In this document: piece after piece, positions 37,201 through 47,045 of the stretch
Layout of the letters: each line of letters starts with the position of its first letter
Numbering within the stretch: position 1 is the stretch's first letter
Sequence record: MN159079.1
Direction: 5' to 3' (one strand)
DNA length: 64,000 nucleotides
Made by a program: the position numbers and the translations under genes
The notes under the pieces: model-generated
Seen by the model: only the letters and a program-made list of their open reading frames with translations
Database searches by the model: none
Told to the model about the DNA's origin: nothing

Positions 37201-37551
37201 ATGTCTGTTGATAAGGAATATACCATGAGGTATGAAAACTTTAAGGAAATATTAGAAACGTTTCCTCACTGTTATTACAACAACGATTGTTCGTTGATCA
37301 TCACGAAGGTTCCGAGAGATATTCCCGGTTACTTCAAACTCGACTTAACCAACAACCAAGAATTCCGTCACGATATCAGTGGTAGTCACTACATCACTTA
37401 TTCGTATATCACCGACATGAACGGTGATAAGACCATAGAAGTCTTCTTTGGCGATAATGCTGATGAAGATGCGTATTTGACCAAACATAAACATCTGTGC
37501 GGTCACCCACAAGAAATCCTGCAATCACTGGAAGAACGGAGAATACCATGA
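37201..37551 (+). CDS. hypothetical protein
   Basis: 116 aa; an alternative start at 37225 follows AAGGA. Confidence 0.7.
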   Translation: MSVDKEYTMRYENFKEILETFPHCYYNNDCSLIITKVPRDIPGYFKLDLTNNQEFRHDISGSHYITYSYITDMNGDKTIEVFFGDNADEDAYLTKHKHLCGHPQEILQSLEERRIP

Positions 37552-38216
37552 ATGTTAAAAATGCATTGATTCAACTGCGTGAGTATACCTATCAGACTCG
37601 TCACGCGAATCGTCAACTCCAAGGAGAGGTCGCCGAGTTCTCCATGGATGAACTCCAGCAAGCACTTGACAATCTCAAAGAAGAACGTGATGAGCGAGTG
37701 CTATTTGGCGTAAACGCTGGTAAAAAAGTGTTCTGGTGGGAAGGTCCACTTTATCTACAGTTGGTGGCACTTCGAGCTGCTTGGGATAATAACACCATTG
37801 GAGTAGATGAACTCTTTAAGGGTGTTAAACTGGTAGCCGGCCATCCACTCTTCAAGGAGATGTTGGAATGCAAGGTCCCCTTTAATAACAAGAAGATCTT
37901 CAATGCAGCTATGTCACGGGACGAAGCCGCAGAGATCATTCTCCATTTGTTCAAGAACGGAAACACTGATCCCGAACACCACATTCCGTATTTCGATGTA
38001 CTCCAACAAGACATCCCTGACATGTGCAGACGACTGGGTCTGGGGAAGATGGATTACGAGGAACTGTGGTCCGAACTCACTTTCCCCACCAGCATGTGCC
38101 GGGGAGATTACTACGTTAACTGCGCACTGCCCGTATTGGAATTCATGAAGCGTAAACAACTTCGTGAAGTCATCGCTGCATCCAAAGGTCAAACTTTCAC
38201 CCAAGAGGAACTGTAA
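37548..38216 (+). CDS. hypothetical protein
   Basis: ATGA overlap start 37548 with GGAG RBS. Confidence 0.8.
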   Translation: MNVKNALIQLREYTYQTRHANRQLQGEVAEFSMDELQQALDNLKEERDERVLFGVNAGKKVFWWEGPLYLQLVALRAAWDNNTIGVDELFKGVKLVAGHPLFKEMLECKVPFNNKKIFNAAMSRDEAAEIILHLFKNGNTDPEHHIPYFDVLQQDIPDMCRRLGLGKMDYEELWSELTFPTSMCRGDYYVNCALPVLEFMKRKQLREVIAASKGQTFTQEEL

Positions 38217-38953
38217 TGAACACTATGAAACCTGGCGTATTCACTGCCCAACGTGACGTGATGATCTCTTTTGTTCGTCGCGTGGTATCTGATCTGGATC
38301 GCATGGGTCCCAATGACCGGGTCAGCAAATACCTCTCCCTTCCGAATAACTTCCAACTCCGTTGTATCGTGGAATTGGAAGAGGACACTTCAGGGAATAT
38401 CTGGTTGGACGCATTTGGTCCGTCCCACCATGTTGGGGTGATGACTCCTGAAGGGGTACGGGATATCAACCTGGACGAGCAGGACCTCACCGAGTTTGCA
38501 GAAGCTGCCGTTGACGCCTTCATATGGGGAACCATTAAGAAGATGTTCAACGACAACATCACTCTGGAAACCGATGGCTCCGAACTCGGAAACCTCAAAA
38601 TGGTTGAAGAGATCAACAAACTCTATCCCGACCTGGAGATTGAGTTTATTCCCGATGGTTACAACTACTATCTTCGTGATACACTCGGCACTACCATCAA
38701 GGCCATCACCAAGATGGACAAGACTCCCAAGACCGAAGTGTTGTTTGGAACGTACTGTCCTACCGACAGCAATGATTCTATCAACACACTCTCCGGGTTT
38801 GATGATGACCAACCGAGTGCTCAGAGCGAAGAGTACAACTCCTGGTCTTTCGAAGTCCAGAACATGGCCATCGATGATCTCGCCTGGGTTTACATGAAAG
38901 GCTGGATGGATATTCCGGACCACGTGGTATTGAAAGAAGAGGAAGAAGAGTAA
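38216..38953 (+). CDS. hypothetical protein (paralog of 40751-41464)
   Basis: 245 aa; visible motif alignment with 40751. Confidence 0.85.
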   Translation: MNTMKPGVFTAQRDVMISFVRRVVSDLDRMGPNDRVSKYLSLPNNFQLRCIVELEEDTSGNIWLDAFGPSHHVGVMTPEGVRDINLDEQDLTEFAEAAVDAFIWGTIKKMFNDNITLETDGSELGNLKMVEEINKLYPDLEIEFIPDGYNYYLRDTLGTTIKAITKMDKTPKTEVLFGTYCPTDSNDSINTLSGFDDDQPSAQSEEYNSWSFEVQNMAIDDLAWVYMKGWMDIPDHVVLKEEEEE

Positions 38954-39321
38954 TGCAAAAGAAAACGCTTCTCTCCATCATCGGGTTGTTACTGACATTC
39001 TCCATGTTCTTCACCAACAAGTACACTGGTGACCAGGAGATCAAAACAACACTGATCGGATGCGAACAAACCGAAGATCCGTTGTCTGGTCAACCTGCAA
39101 ACTTCTGCGAGTGGAAAGGACATGGTTATTTCTCTCGTGTTGAAGTCAGTGACCTCGAATACCAATACAACATCAAACGTGTTGGTAGTCAAGATATCGC
39201 TGTGATCGAAAACCCGAAAGCCTGGGTGTTCTATATCAACGTCATGATGGTAATCATCATGGGGATCTATCTCATGGGTCGTCAACAGGAGGAAGAAGAT
39301 GTATCACATTACCCGGATTGA
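38953..39321 (+). CDS. two-TM membrane protein
   Basis: Same TM-Cys-loop-TM layout as 36489. Confidence 0.8.
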   Translation: MQKKTLLSIIGLLLTFSMFFTNKYTGDQEIKTTLIGCEQTEDPLSGQPANFCEWKGHGYFSRVEVSDLEYQYNIKRVGSQDIAVIENPKAWVFYINVMMVIIMGIYLMGRQQEEEDVSHYPD

Positions 39322-39685
39322 TGTTTGTGATCTTACTTACAAGCTCATAAAGCATCTGGCCTCCGATACGTACATCATGGGTGACGGTCTTGTCATAGGT
39401 GAACTGACAGGAGTGATTTTGAATCCAGGAGCTGATCTGGGTTTCTATCCTCCCCAGGGTACCAAGATGGAACTCAAACTGACCGTGAAGAATGACAACC
39501 AGGATCCGGAGATCCGTGGATGGTCCGGTTGGTTTGCTTTCCAACGGCAAGACGCCCCTGATCCTACAGCCCTGGTAGTGATCGCTGGTGTTATCGACAA
39601 ACAGGATAACGAACTTATCCGAACTGTCCAACAACGTGATGATCACAACCAGTTCTTCTTTGCTAAGAAAAAGAACTTCCATTAA
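39299..39685 (+). CDS. hypothetical protein
   Basis: 128 aa with AGGAGG RBS. Confidence 0.75.
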   Translation: MYHITRIDVCDLTYKLIKHLASDTYIMGDGLVIGELTGVILNPGADLGFYPPQGTKMELKLTVKNDNQDPEIRGWSGWFAFQRQDAPDPTALVVIAGVIDKQDNELIRTVQQRDDHNQFFFAKKKNFH

Positions 39686-39695
39686 GGAGAGATGA

Positions 39696-40049
39696 GTGTC
39701 TGTGAGTGTTAACCTCCGATCAGATGCTATTACTCCCAAGTTGGCTAAGGAAATGAACGGATCTATCTTTATTCGTTCTAACACGTTCTCTGTCCGGCAA
39801 CGGGCAGGGAACATTACCCTCGGTCTCCATGGGATAAGTTATCTGAAATTACCCAAAATGAATACCAACGCCAAGTTCAGTTACCTGGAAGAACCCAGTG
39901 ATGATGGCGAAGGTGTTTATTGGACTTGTTCCCTGGCGTTCTACGCAAAACCCTCCCATAAACAACTGACCACCCTGGTCATTAAAACAGGTTTCTATCA
40001 TGTCGTTAAACGTGACGGTATCGTGGAGCCGGGTGCCGGTTACAGTTAA
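39696..40049 (+). CDS. hypothetical protein
   Basis: GTG start after AAGGAG. Confidence 0.75.
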   Translation: MSVSVNLRSDAITPKLAKEMNGSIFIRSNTFSVRQRAGNITLGLHGISYLKLPKMNTNAKFSYLEEPSDDGEGVYWTCSLAFYAKPSHKQLTTLVIKTGFYHVVKRDGIVEPGAGYS

Positions 40050-40053
40050 ACTG

Positions 40054-40380
40054 ATGCCCAAAGAGTTCGAACCCAAAATGTTTTATCTTCCGCATGTTCA
40101 AGGGTTAAGAACTCACCACTGGCTATATCCCAACAAACCCAGAGAGTTGCGTTATGTTAATCATAAAGGTGATCAGTACATCGGTCGCTTTAACTTCAAG
40201 TGGTTCAATGGAGCATTGCGGTTAACACCGGTTAAAGGTGAAACCCCAAAGATGATTGAACGTAACCGCCAAACTCCCATGACCTGGAAACCAGTTCAAG
40301 ATGGCTGGCCTGACTACTATCTGTTCGGACTTGTCATGGTTGAACGGTTCTATATACTCAGGTTCAAAGACACACTTTAG
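40054..40380 (+). CDS. hypothetical basic protein (probable paralog of 40389)
   Basis: ATG 40054 after the upstream stop; motif alignment with the next gene. Confidence 0.7.
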   Translation: MPKEFEPKMFYLPHVQGLRTHHWLYPNKPRELRYVNHKGDQYIGRFNFKWFNGALRLTPVKGETPKMIERNRQTPMTWKPVQDGWPDYYLFGLVMVERFYILRFKDTL

Positions 40381-40388
40381 GAGGTGTC

Positions 40389-40754
40389 ATGCTCTTTAAG
40401 TTACAAAAGAAAGGACTGGAGGTTTACCGATTCGTTCAACACGACATCGACCTCGTTGTGAACAAAGGCCCTTTCAAGGGTACCAAGCATGTTATCATGC
40501 GATTTGAGAATGAAGTTCGGCAACTCAAGATCGGACACTTCAACGTGATCTATGATCGGGAGTTCCTGACCTTTATTCCGGTATGGAACGAACCTGTTCT
40601 TGATTGCATTCGAAATAAGAAGAAGTGCCGTCAGAACAACCCACTGAAAATGGGATTCCCCATTATCCCCAAATACAAGTACTATTTCTGGAAACTCATC
40701 AGTTTCGAAGTAGGATACGTCCATCTCAAAGTCATGTTAAGGAATTCCAAATGA
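40389..40754 (+). CDS. hypothetical basic protein
   Basis: AGGAGG RBS; 121 aa. Confidence 0.8.
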   Translation: MLFKLQKKGLEVYRFVQHDIDLVVNKGPFKGTKHVIMRFENEVRQLKIGHFNVIYDREFLTFIPVWNEPVLDCIRNKKKCRQNNPLKMGFPIIPKYKYYFWKLISFEVGYVHLKVMLRNSK

Positions 40755-41464
40755 AAAAGATATCTGTACAACAAGTACTTGCAGCACGCGACGAGTTGAT
40801 CGATTTTGCTTTTCAAGCCATCCTCAATGTTCGGGCCGCTCACCATCATTTCGAAACCGACCTCAAAGTAAAAGAAATCTATGGCTTTTGGGCTAAACTT
40901 CTCATTGCCAAGAAAGATGGTAACTATCGACTGCGTATGCACGCTCTTGGTTATTCCATCATCTTCTATGAAATGCACGAGAGTGTGCTCGGACTACCGT
41001 ATACCGCTGAAGGTGTACGAGAAGAGGCAACTGCAACTGTTGATGCTTGGTTGTCCAAGATCATCTTGGTTTCTCTCCGGAAACAACCTGAACTCCAAGT
41101 CGAGAACAGTGAAGAGAGTATCAGGAACGTCGCCGATGTCATCAAAGACATCTATCCCCACACACTGATCACGGTCACCCATAACGGGTTTAACTATCAC
41201 TCCATGACACCCACCGGTGAGTTGTTGAGTTCAGTAGCTCACACTCAAGGTCCTCAACGTAAAGGTCCAGGTGGGCGATTGGCCGCTGCTCGATTGGAAA
41301 CTTGTACACTTCATGCGACAGCTGAAGTGCATGATGATCCACTGCTCGACAACTACTCTGGTATCGGGCGTAATCTGGAAAACCTGATCTGTACCGACCT
41401 CACTGATTTGATCATGTTGGGTCATGTCAACTACGATCTTGTCTTCGAATTCGAAGATCATTAA
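40751..41464 (+). CDS. hypothetical protein (paralog of 38216-38953)
   Basis: ATGA overlap start 40751 with AAGGA RBS. Confidence 0.85.
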   Translation: MKKISVQQVLAARDELIDFAFQAILNVRAAHHHFETDLKVKEIYGFWAKLLIAKKDGNYRLRMHALGYSIIFYEMHESVLGLPYTAEGVREEATATVDAWLSKIILVSLRKQPELQVENSEESIRNVADVIKDIYPHTLITVTHNGFNYHSMTPTGELLSSVAHTQGPQRKGPGGRLAAARLETCTLHATAEVHDDPLLDNYSGIGRNLENLICTDLTDLIMLGHVNYDLVFEFEDH

Positions 41465-41523
41465 TCGTAACTACTTTCACTATTAGTTGCAGTAATCCCA
41501 TTAATCAACATTTAGGTATAGCA

Positions 41524-41919
41524 ATGTCCGAACAACTCCCAGCGTCCAAAACCTACACATTGGAGCAGGTTCAAAAAGTATTGCGGGAAATCGTAGACCA
41601 AGTTCGCAAGAACAAGATCGAACGTGTCACCCGTGTCGCTCTGAACTTCCGTGGTACTTCTCCCGAGGTATCCATCCATGCAGGGTACAAACTCCTGGGT
41701 CGTCATCAACCGCATGTTTGGTCCGATCGACCTTACTCCGAAAAGAGTAACAAGATACTGGCGACTTTCAAACTGCGTGTCAACGGTTGTCCGATTCATC
41801 AGTTCAACGTCACCACTGGTGTCATTCTCCCGGAATTCCATGGAGAGGATCATCTCAACGAACTGTCGGATCGGCTCCAACAAGTAGTTGGGGAACATTT
41901 GTTCTCCAAACGCAACTAA
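41524..41919 (+). CDS. hypothetical protein
   Basis: 131 aa; hairpin 41923-41952 follows. Confidence 0.8.
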   Translation: MSEQLPASKTYTLEQVQKVLREIVDQVRKNKIERVTRVALNFRGTSPEVSIHAGYKLLGRHQPHVWSDRPYSEKSNKILATFKLRVNGCPIHQFNVTTGVILPEFHGEDHLNELSDRLQQVVGEHLFSKRN

Positions 41920-41968
41920 CATAAGTAGGGCTCCTTGCGGGGAGCCCTACTTAGTGTATGAGGTTTAC

Positions 41969-42436
41969 ATGAGCGATATCCGTTGGTACCAAGAAAATGA
42001 TCGAATGGTCATTGTTGACAATGAAACCCAAGGAACCCTTCACATTCGTTTCAATCCGATGAATCGAAAGACTGGTTCTGATTTGATGTGGGGGCATGTC
42101 AACGATATATCAGCTTCCATAGAGAATGGTGATCTTCAGTTGAGCCTGAAGGGACATTCCATGATCGATGTCAGAAGCGATATTGAACTCAGAGGTAGTG
42201 TGACTCTGAAAACAGCTTTCCTACACGACCCTGTGATTGAAAATAGTCACATTGATTTCGTTAGTATTACCGCGAAGACAGTTTTCAAAGATGCACATGT
42301 CCACGCAGTAGGAATACAGCGATTCGGGTTAGTGAAGTTCATCAACAGTAAATATGACGGATTTATGAATGGTGCGCTTCCGAAAGCACGGGAGCTCCAA
42401 GTAGTCGATAACCAAGTCAAGGTGATAGTACAATGA
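41969..42436 (+). CDS. hypothetical beta-rich protein
   Basis: ATG 41969 after GAGG. Confidence 0.75.
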   Translation: MSDIRWYQENDRMVIVDNETQGTLHIRFNPMNRKTGSDLMWGHVNDISASIENGDLQLSLKGHSMIDVRSDIELRGSVTLKTAFLHDPVIENSHIDFVSITAKTVFKDAHVHAVGIQRFGLVKFINSKYDGFMNGALPKARELQVVDNQVKVIVQ

Positions 42437-42816
42437 GTGAAGTTAAGAAAGTTAAGAAAGCTCACCCCTTGGATTCCTTTATCCAGGACATGATCAACTT
42501 CATGAATCCTGAAGGTCCCACCAAGGATGGTGATAAACTCTTCCTTAAAACAAAGGAAGGAACATCTGATCTGACGGAGATTCTCCTGGAACGAAATGAT
42601 GGTGTCATCACCGGTTATCTCGTCCACGAAGATAAGATCATCAAGATTAACGTAGGGTTCTCGCAAACCTGGAAGCCCACACTGGAAATCCGGTTTGGGG
42701 AAATGTTTGTAACGTCCATGGCCGTTGATAACAAGAAAGGCTTGGATATGTATCTCAAACGTCTCTATGACAAGAAGCCACCAAAGAGCAAGAAGAACGA
42801 CTGCACTGAAGATTAA
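42433..42816 (+). CDS. hypothetical protein
   Basis: 127 aa, ATGA overlap. Confidence 0.8.
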   Translation: MSEVKKVKKAHPLDSFIQDMINFMNPEGPTKDGDKLFLKTKEGTSDLTEILLERNDGVITGYLVHEDKIIKINVGFSQTWKPTLEIRFGEMFVTSMAVDNKKGLDMYLKRLYDKKPPKSKKNDCTED

Positions 42817-42836
42817 GTCCATAATAACTTGGACAT

Positions 42837-42852
42837 ATATAATCAAAGTGTA
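42837..42852 (+). promoter_or_regulatory. putative phage early promoter
   Basis: ATATAATCAAAGTGTA. Confidence 0.5.
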
Positions 42853-42881
42853 ATCCACCACAATTAATTTAGGAGTTCAAT

Positions 42882-43181
42882 ATGATCATCAAACGTAAAC
42901 ACCTCGGTATGAAACGCAAGTTCAAACTGGTTGGGTTGGATGACACCACTCAACGTGGCGATATCTTCTACCGCATCAACGAGATCAATAACACCCACGC
43001 CACCAAACTGGACCTCAATGATCTCACCCACGAAGAACATGAACGTCTCATGGAACTTCGCCAAGAAGCGATTGAACAGATCTCTGAAGGACCGAACTGG
43101 TTCAACGCCTACATGGTAGAACATGGTGGCGATAAGACCAGTGCCAATGTAAACCGTGTCTACTTCCGTATCACTTTCTAA
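42882..43181 (+). CDS. hypothetical protein
   Basis: 99 aa with AGGAG RBS. Confidence 0.8.
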   Translation: MIIKRKHLGMKRKFKLVGLDDTTQRGDIFYRINEINNTHATKLDLNDLTHEEHERLMELRQEAIEQISEGPNWFNAYMVEHGGDKTSANVNRVYFRITF

Positions 43182-43193
43182 AAGGTAACCAAC

Positions 43194-45596
43194 ATGAACC
43201 AACAAGTACGTGACATCCTGATCCAAATGGTAGCCAACAAATATCACGCAACAATGAAAGAGTATCGTTTCTTCCAGATGGGTGATATGACCAACACCCT
43301 GGCCGCCATGATCGACGGGCTCCAGTTCCCTCAAACAGCTTACCTGAAAGAGCTGAAAGACATTCATGGCAAGATCAATCGTGAACTGTCCAAGGTCAAC
43401 GCCGTCCATCCCCAGTACGTTCCTGATTACTCCAGGATCTACGACCTCCTCTGCGAGCTGGTAAACGCCGAAGACTGGGACGGTGTGGGACGAATCCATC
43501 GTGGGTTCGTTGGACACAAAGACAAGATCACTGTTCTCCATCACATCTACGAGAACAGCAACATCTATACCGACCCCCAACACTTCGCCCCGATCAACAT
43601 CTGCGCCTCCTTTAACAAGGGCGAACAGAAAAAGATCCTCATCCAAACCGGCATGGACGAAAGTGGTGTTGAATCGGTAGCCACGATGCATCCGACCAGT
43701 GCGGCCCGCCTGATCAAAAAGCACTTCGAACTCTGGTGGGCTAACAAAGAAAAGGCGGCCCAGGAAGCATCCAACAAGAAGGAAGAAGAAATGCACTATC
43801 CGCCCTTTGACACCAAAACTGTAGGTGACTACACCATCGCAAATGGCATCGATCCGGTGATCACTCAGATGTCCCTCCAGGAACTGGAAACCCATCTGAA
43901 CAACATCAACGAAGCTGGTTTCACCAGGGCGCAAATCGACGCCCTGGTGAAGAACATCAACATGCCGATCTCCGGTTCCGTAGATGAGCGTTTTGTTGAT
44001 TGGCTCGATGACGATTACGAAGCCATTCGCTCCATGATCGCTATGTTCGCATGCAAGAACGTTTGGATAGCTCCGGAGGTAGCCTACGTGAAGTCTGGCG
44101 TCCACCGTCAAGCCGCTCGTTCACTCTTCATCGAGAAAGCGATGAGTGAACTGATCAGACGTTCGGTAATCACTGGAAGTTCCAGAGACATCACTCTGGA
44201 TAAACTGGAGTCATTCATCGAAAACCATCCGGTGGAACGCTGCTATGACAATGCAGTATACCCCACCAAAACCGGTGCCGTGACCATCTTCAATGAAGCA
44301 GGTTGGGACCTCGATACACTTTCCCTGGTGGTTTCCGAGATCAACCTTTCTCCCGGCATGGATATGAATCCCGCCTTCGGTGAAATGCTGGTCCCCAATA
44401 AAGCCGCCATGATCGCTGCGATCAGTTTGTTCGCTGACTTCAAGCATTGGGGTCACGTGACTACTGACAGTGTGGTCGAAGGTACCGAAGAAATCTACCA
44501 GTTCCTTCTCAAGCGCCATTCCGGCGTGACCGAAGAGGAACCTCAACCGAACAAGGAAGAAACCATGAAGCAAACTACATCTATTGCCGAACTGGTCTCC
44601 AAAGTCATCCTGGGATTCACTGATCTCGTGATGATCGCCGATACCGAAAAGGTAATCGAAGAGATCAATCGTCAAGCGACCCCGACCCTGGCCGGTGTCA
44701 TGAAGAATATTCTTCAGAGTGTCAAACCGACAACACCGTCGCAACCTCGCGGTCAAACCGAATCCTTCCAGCACCTGGACTGCCCTGGGTACACTCCTCG
44801 TTCCACTATCCGTGACGAGTACGCCGAGGTGATCAAGTTCATCAACATGGGAGACGTTGATTCAGCAGCAACTGCGATCAAGGGGATCCTCAACAAGTAC
44901 AGCGTGATGGAGCTTCACGGGATGCTGATCGGGAACACACCCCGTTCACTCAATCCCAATGAAATGGCCAACGAGATTATCGAAGTGATACGTGCAGCAG
45001 CGATGAAACGTAAAGTCGACCTCGCTGAAATTGCACGTCAATCACCGGTGACTCGACTCATCAAGCAAAACCTCTTCGCCAAAGCTATCCAAAGTTCCCT
45101 GGAAGAAACCTACGCAATGTTTGACAGCTATGTCAAACAAGTTAGCATCATCCAGGTATACGTCGCGCTCTTTGGCACCACCGACGTGACCGGGAAGTCC
45201 TTCAGTCAAATGGATGCCGAAATCCGCAATAACCTGACAACGACCAACGAGTCCAGTAACGGAACCGGTCTGAGTAACTTTGTTGAAAGAATCCGTGGGG
45301 CAGTTCAGGCCATGGATCTCGACAAAGCAATGAGCTTGCTCGATGAAGGGTTCTCCATGTTTGGTACGGTGCTGGTATCTACAACACTCCTGGGTGATAA
45401 AAATGTTATCGGTAACCGGACCAGTCGTGAACTGGTCTTCATGTGCCGTGACGCTATTACCACCTGGATCAACACCAACAAGTCAATGGCCCGCCACGGT
45501 ACTTTCTCCAACCCTGAATCTCGGGTCTCGGAGGAGGATCAGTGGATCAAAGATCTGAACAAACTGGGTTTCAAGTGCGTTATCCTTCACAAGTAA
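43194..45596 (+). CDS. large helical multi-module hypothetical protein
   Basis: 800 aa; internal RBS+ATG sites and C-terminal helical repeats; terminator 45607-45628. Confidence 0.85.
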   Translation: MNQQVRDILIQMVANKYHATMKEYRFFQMGDMTNTLAAMIDGLQFPQTAYLKELKDIHGKINRELSKVNAVHPQYVPDYSRIYDLLCELVNAEDWDGVGRIHRGFVGHKDKITVLHHIYENSNIYTDPQHFAPINICASFNKGEQKKILIQTGMDESGVESVATMHPTSAARLIKKHFELWWANKEKAAQEASNKKEEEMHYPPFDTKTVGDYTIANGIDPVITQMSLQELETHLNNINEAGFTRAQIDALVKNINMPISGSVDERFVDWLDDDYEAIRSMIAMFACKNVWIAPEVAYVKSGVHRQAARSLFIEKAMSELIRRSVITGSSRDITLDKLESFIENHPVERCYDNAVYPTKTGAVTIFNEAGWDLDTLSLVVSEINLSPGMDMNPAFGEMLVPNKAAMIAAISLFADFKHWGHVTTDSVVEGTEEIYQFLLKRHSGVTEEEPQPNKEETMKQTTSIAELVSKVILGFTDLVMIADTEKVIEEINRQATPTLAGVMKNILQSVKPTTPSQPRGQTESFQHLDCPGYTPRSTIRDEYAEVIKFINMGDVDSAATAIKGILNKYSVMELHGMLIGNTPRSLNPNEMANEIIEVIRAAAMKRKVDLAEIARQSPVTRLIKQNLFAKAIQSSLEETYAMFDSYVKQVSIIQVYVALFGTTDVTGKSFSQMDAEIRNNLTTTNESSNGTGLSNFVERIRGAVQAMDLDKAMSLLDEGFSMFGTVLVSTTLLGDKNVIGNRTSRELVFMCRDAITTWINTNKSMARHGTFSNPESRVSEEDQWIKDLNKLGFKCVILHK

Positions 45597-45676
45597 GATG
45601 ATTGAAAGGGAACCCTTCGGGGTTCCCTCTCTTCTTTATACATTTTATTTTTGTACCCTTATACTTTTTGAAACAG

Positions 45677-45692
45677 ATATTATCACTGTGTA
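45677..45692 (+). promoter_or_regulatory. putative phage early promoter
   Basis: ATATTATCACTGTGTA. Confidence 0.5.
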
Positions 45693-45711
45693 AAGAAGGG
45701 AGAAAATTCTA

Positions 45712-46164
45712 ATGGCGAACAAAAGCACAGAAAAGATTTATTTCGATTACCTGAATAAACTCCTCCTGGGTACACTCGGAGGGTTCATGCACTCGATAGC
45801 TGATAGCAAGGCGATCCCGAAGCCGAATCAATTTGAGGGAAAGAAGAGTGCCGGTGGTTCAGTTATGGTCGCGTGGATGGACACGATACCTCTGATAGAC
45901 TACTACTCTAAAATGTTAAATGACCAAATCTTTGCATCAGCGATGATTGGTTACCGAGACAAAGACAATCCCATAATGGTGGATGTGTTCACAGTCTGTA
46001 TGACCATCGAGAGTATTTATCTCATCGATGGTGATGTGAAATATCTATTAGTAAAGGACACTCAATCTGTCATGGATAACAACGAAATCCAAAATGCAAT
46101 TAAGGATATCGTTGCGAAGAAATACATGGCCGGGTTAATAACAATACCTAGGGCTAAGTCATGA
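45712..46164 (+). CDS. hypothetical protein
   Basis: 150 aa with GGGAG RBS. Confidence 0.8.
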   Translation: MANKSTEKIYFDYLNKLLLGTLGGFMHSIADSKAIPKPNQFEGKKSAGGSVMVAWMDTIPLIDYYSKMLNDQIFASAMIGYRDKDNPIMVDVFTVCMTIESIYLIDGDVKYLLVKDTQSVMDNNEIQNAIKDIVAKKYMAGLITIPRAKS

Positions 46165-46556
46165 AAACCGAACTGATAAAAGACATCTTTCTCGATGCGT
46201 ATTTAGGGAAAGAGAACAAAGAGCGGGATTACAAGTATTGGGTTAAACCACTTAATCCCGATGATGGTATTAAGTTCTTCTGTGTATTCAGAATCAGACT
46301 GAAAGGCAAAGCAGCCATACTGGTGAGAATCCAGGTTGACCTGGAAGCTGAATTAGCCAACACAGAAACATCCCTCGTCTATATTGATCAGGGATTTAAA
46401 CCCAACACCAGGTTCCGTACAGATTTCACCAAAACGTTCTATAAGAAACGTGAACGACTTACTGGTCTCGGTATTGATGAGATCATTAAACGAGTCGCTC
46501 CGAGTCTTGCAGAGAAGTTACATAAAGCAGAGGAATTAGCCAATGTCGACCAATAA
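46161..46556 (+). CDS. hypothetical protein
   Basis: 131 aa, ATGA overlap. Confidence 0.75.
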   Translation: MKTELIKDIFLDAYLGKENKERDYKYWVKPLNPDDGIKFFCVFRIRLKGKAAILVRIQVDLEAELANTETSLVYIDQGFKPNTRFRTDFTKTFYKKRERLTGLGIDEIIKRVAPSLAEKLHKAEELANVDQ

Positions 46557-46932
46557 CGTAATCGCTACTGATATCTATAACCGGATGGAAGCATTCTTCG
46601 AACGTCTTGAAGGTAAGGACTTCCCGTCCATCTATCAAGACAGCGACAGCATGATGTATTCCTTCCAAGTCGAATCCATGGGTAACTTGTTCCAGACGTC
46701 GGTTCAAGCAACCCAGGTAGAAGGTCAGGGTATACTGGTTTCACTCAGTTACTCTTTCATGGTAGAACCCAAGAAGGTAGGGGACATCATCGTAATGGGT
46801 GTACCTATTCGCGGCGTGTATACCGTGAACGATGTTATTGCGGAAGTTAAGGACGAACAAGACCTGTTCTCCAAAACCTACGTACTGGCATTGGACCATG
46901 TTAAAGAGGCGGTCCACACCATCCTCGAATAA
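46543..46932 (+). CDS. hypothetical protein
   Basis: 129 aa with GAGGA RBS. Confidence 0.8.
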   Translation: MSTNNVIATDIYNRMEAFFERLEGKDFPSIYQDSDSMMYSFQVESMGNLFQTSVQATQVEGQGILVSLSYSFMVEPKKVGDIIVMGVPIRGVYTVNDVIAEVKDEQDLFSKTYVLALDHVKEAVHTILE

Positions 46933-47045
46933 ACCACCCAGAATCGTTTCTAAGCGATTTCTTTATTAAAGACGTACAGTTCAATACTTTAGCCTGAAGA
47001 AGTCGTTATAGATCGATTCAGGAATTATTAACCAAGGAGAAATCA

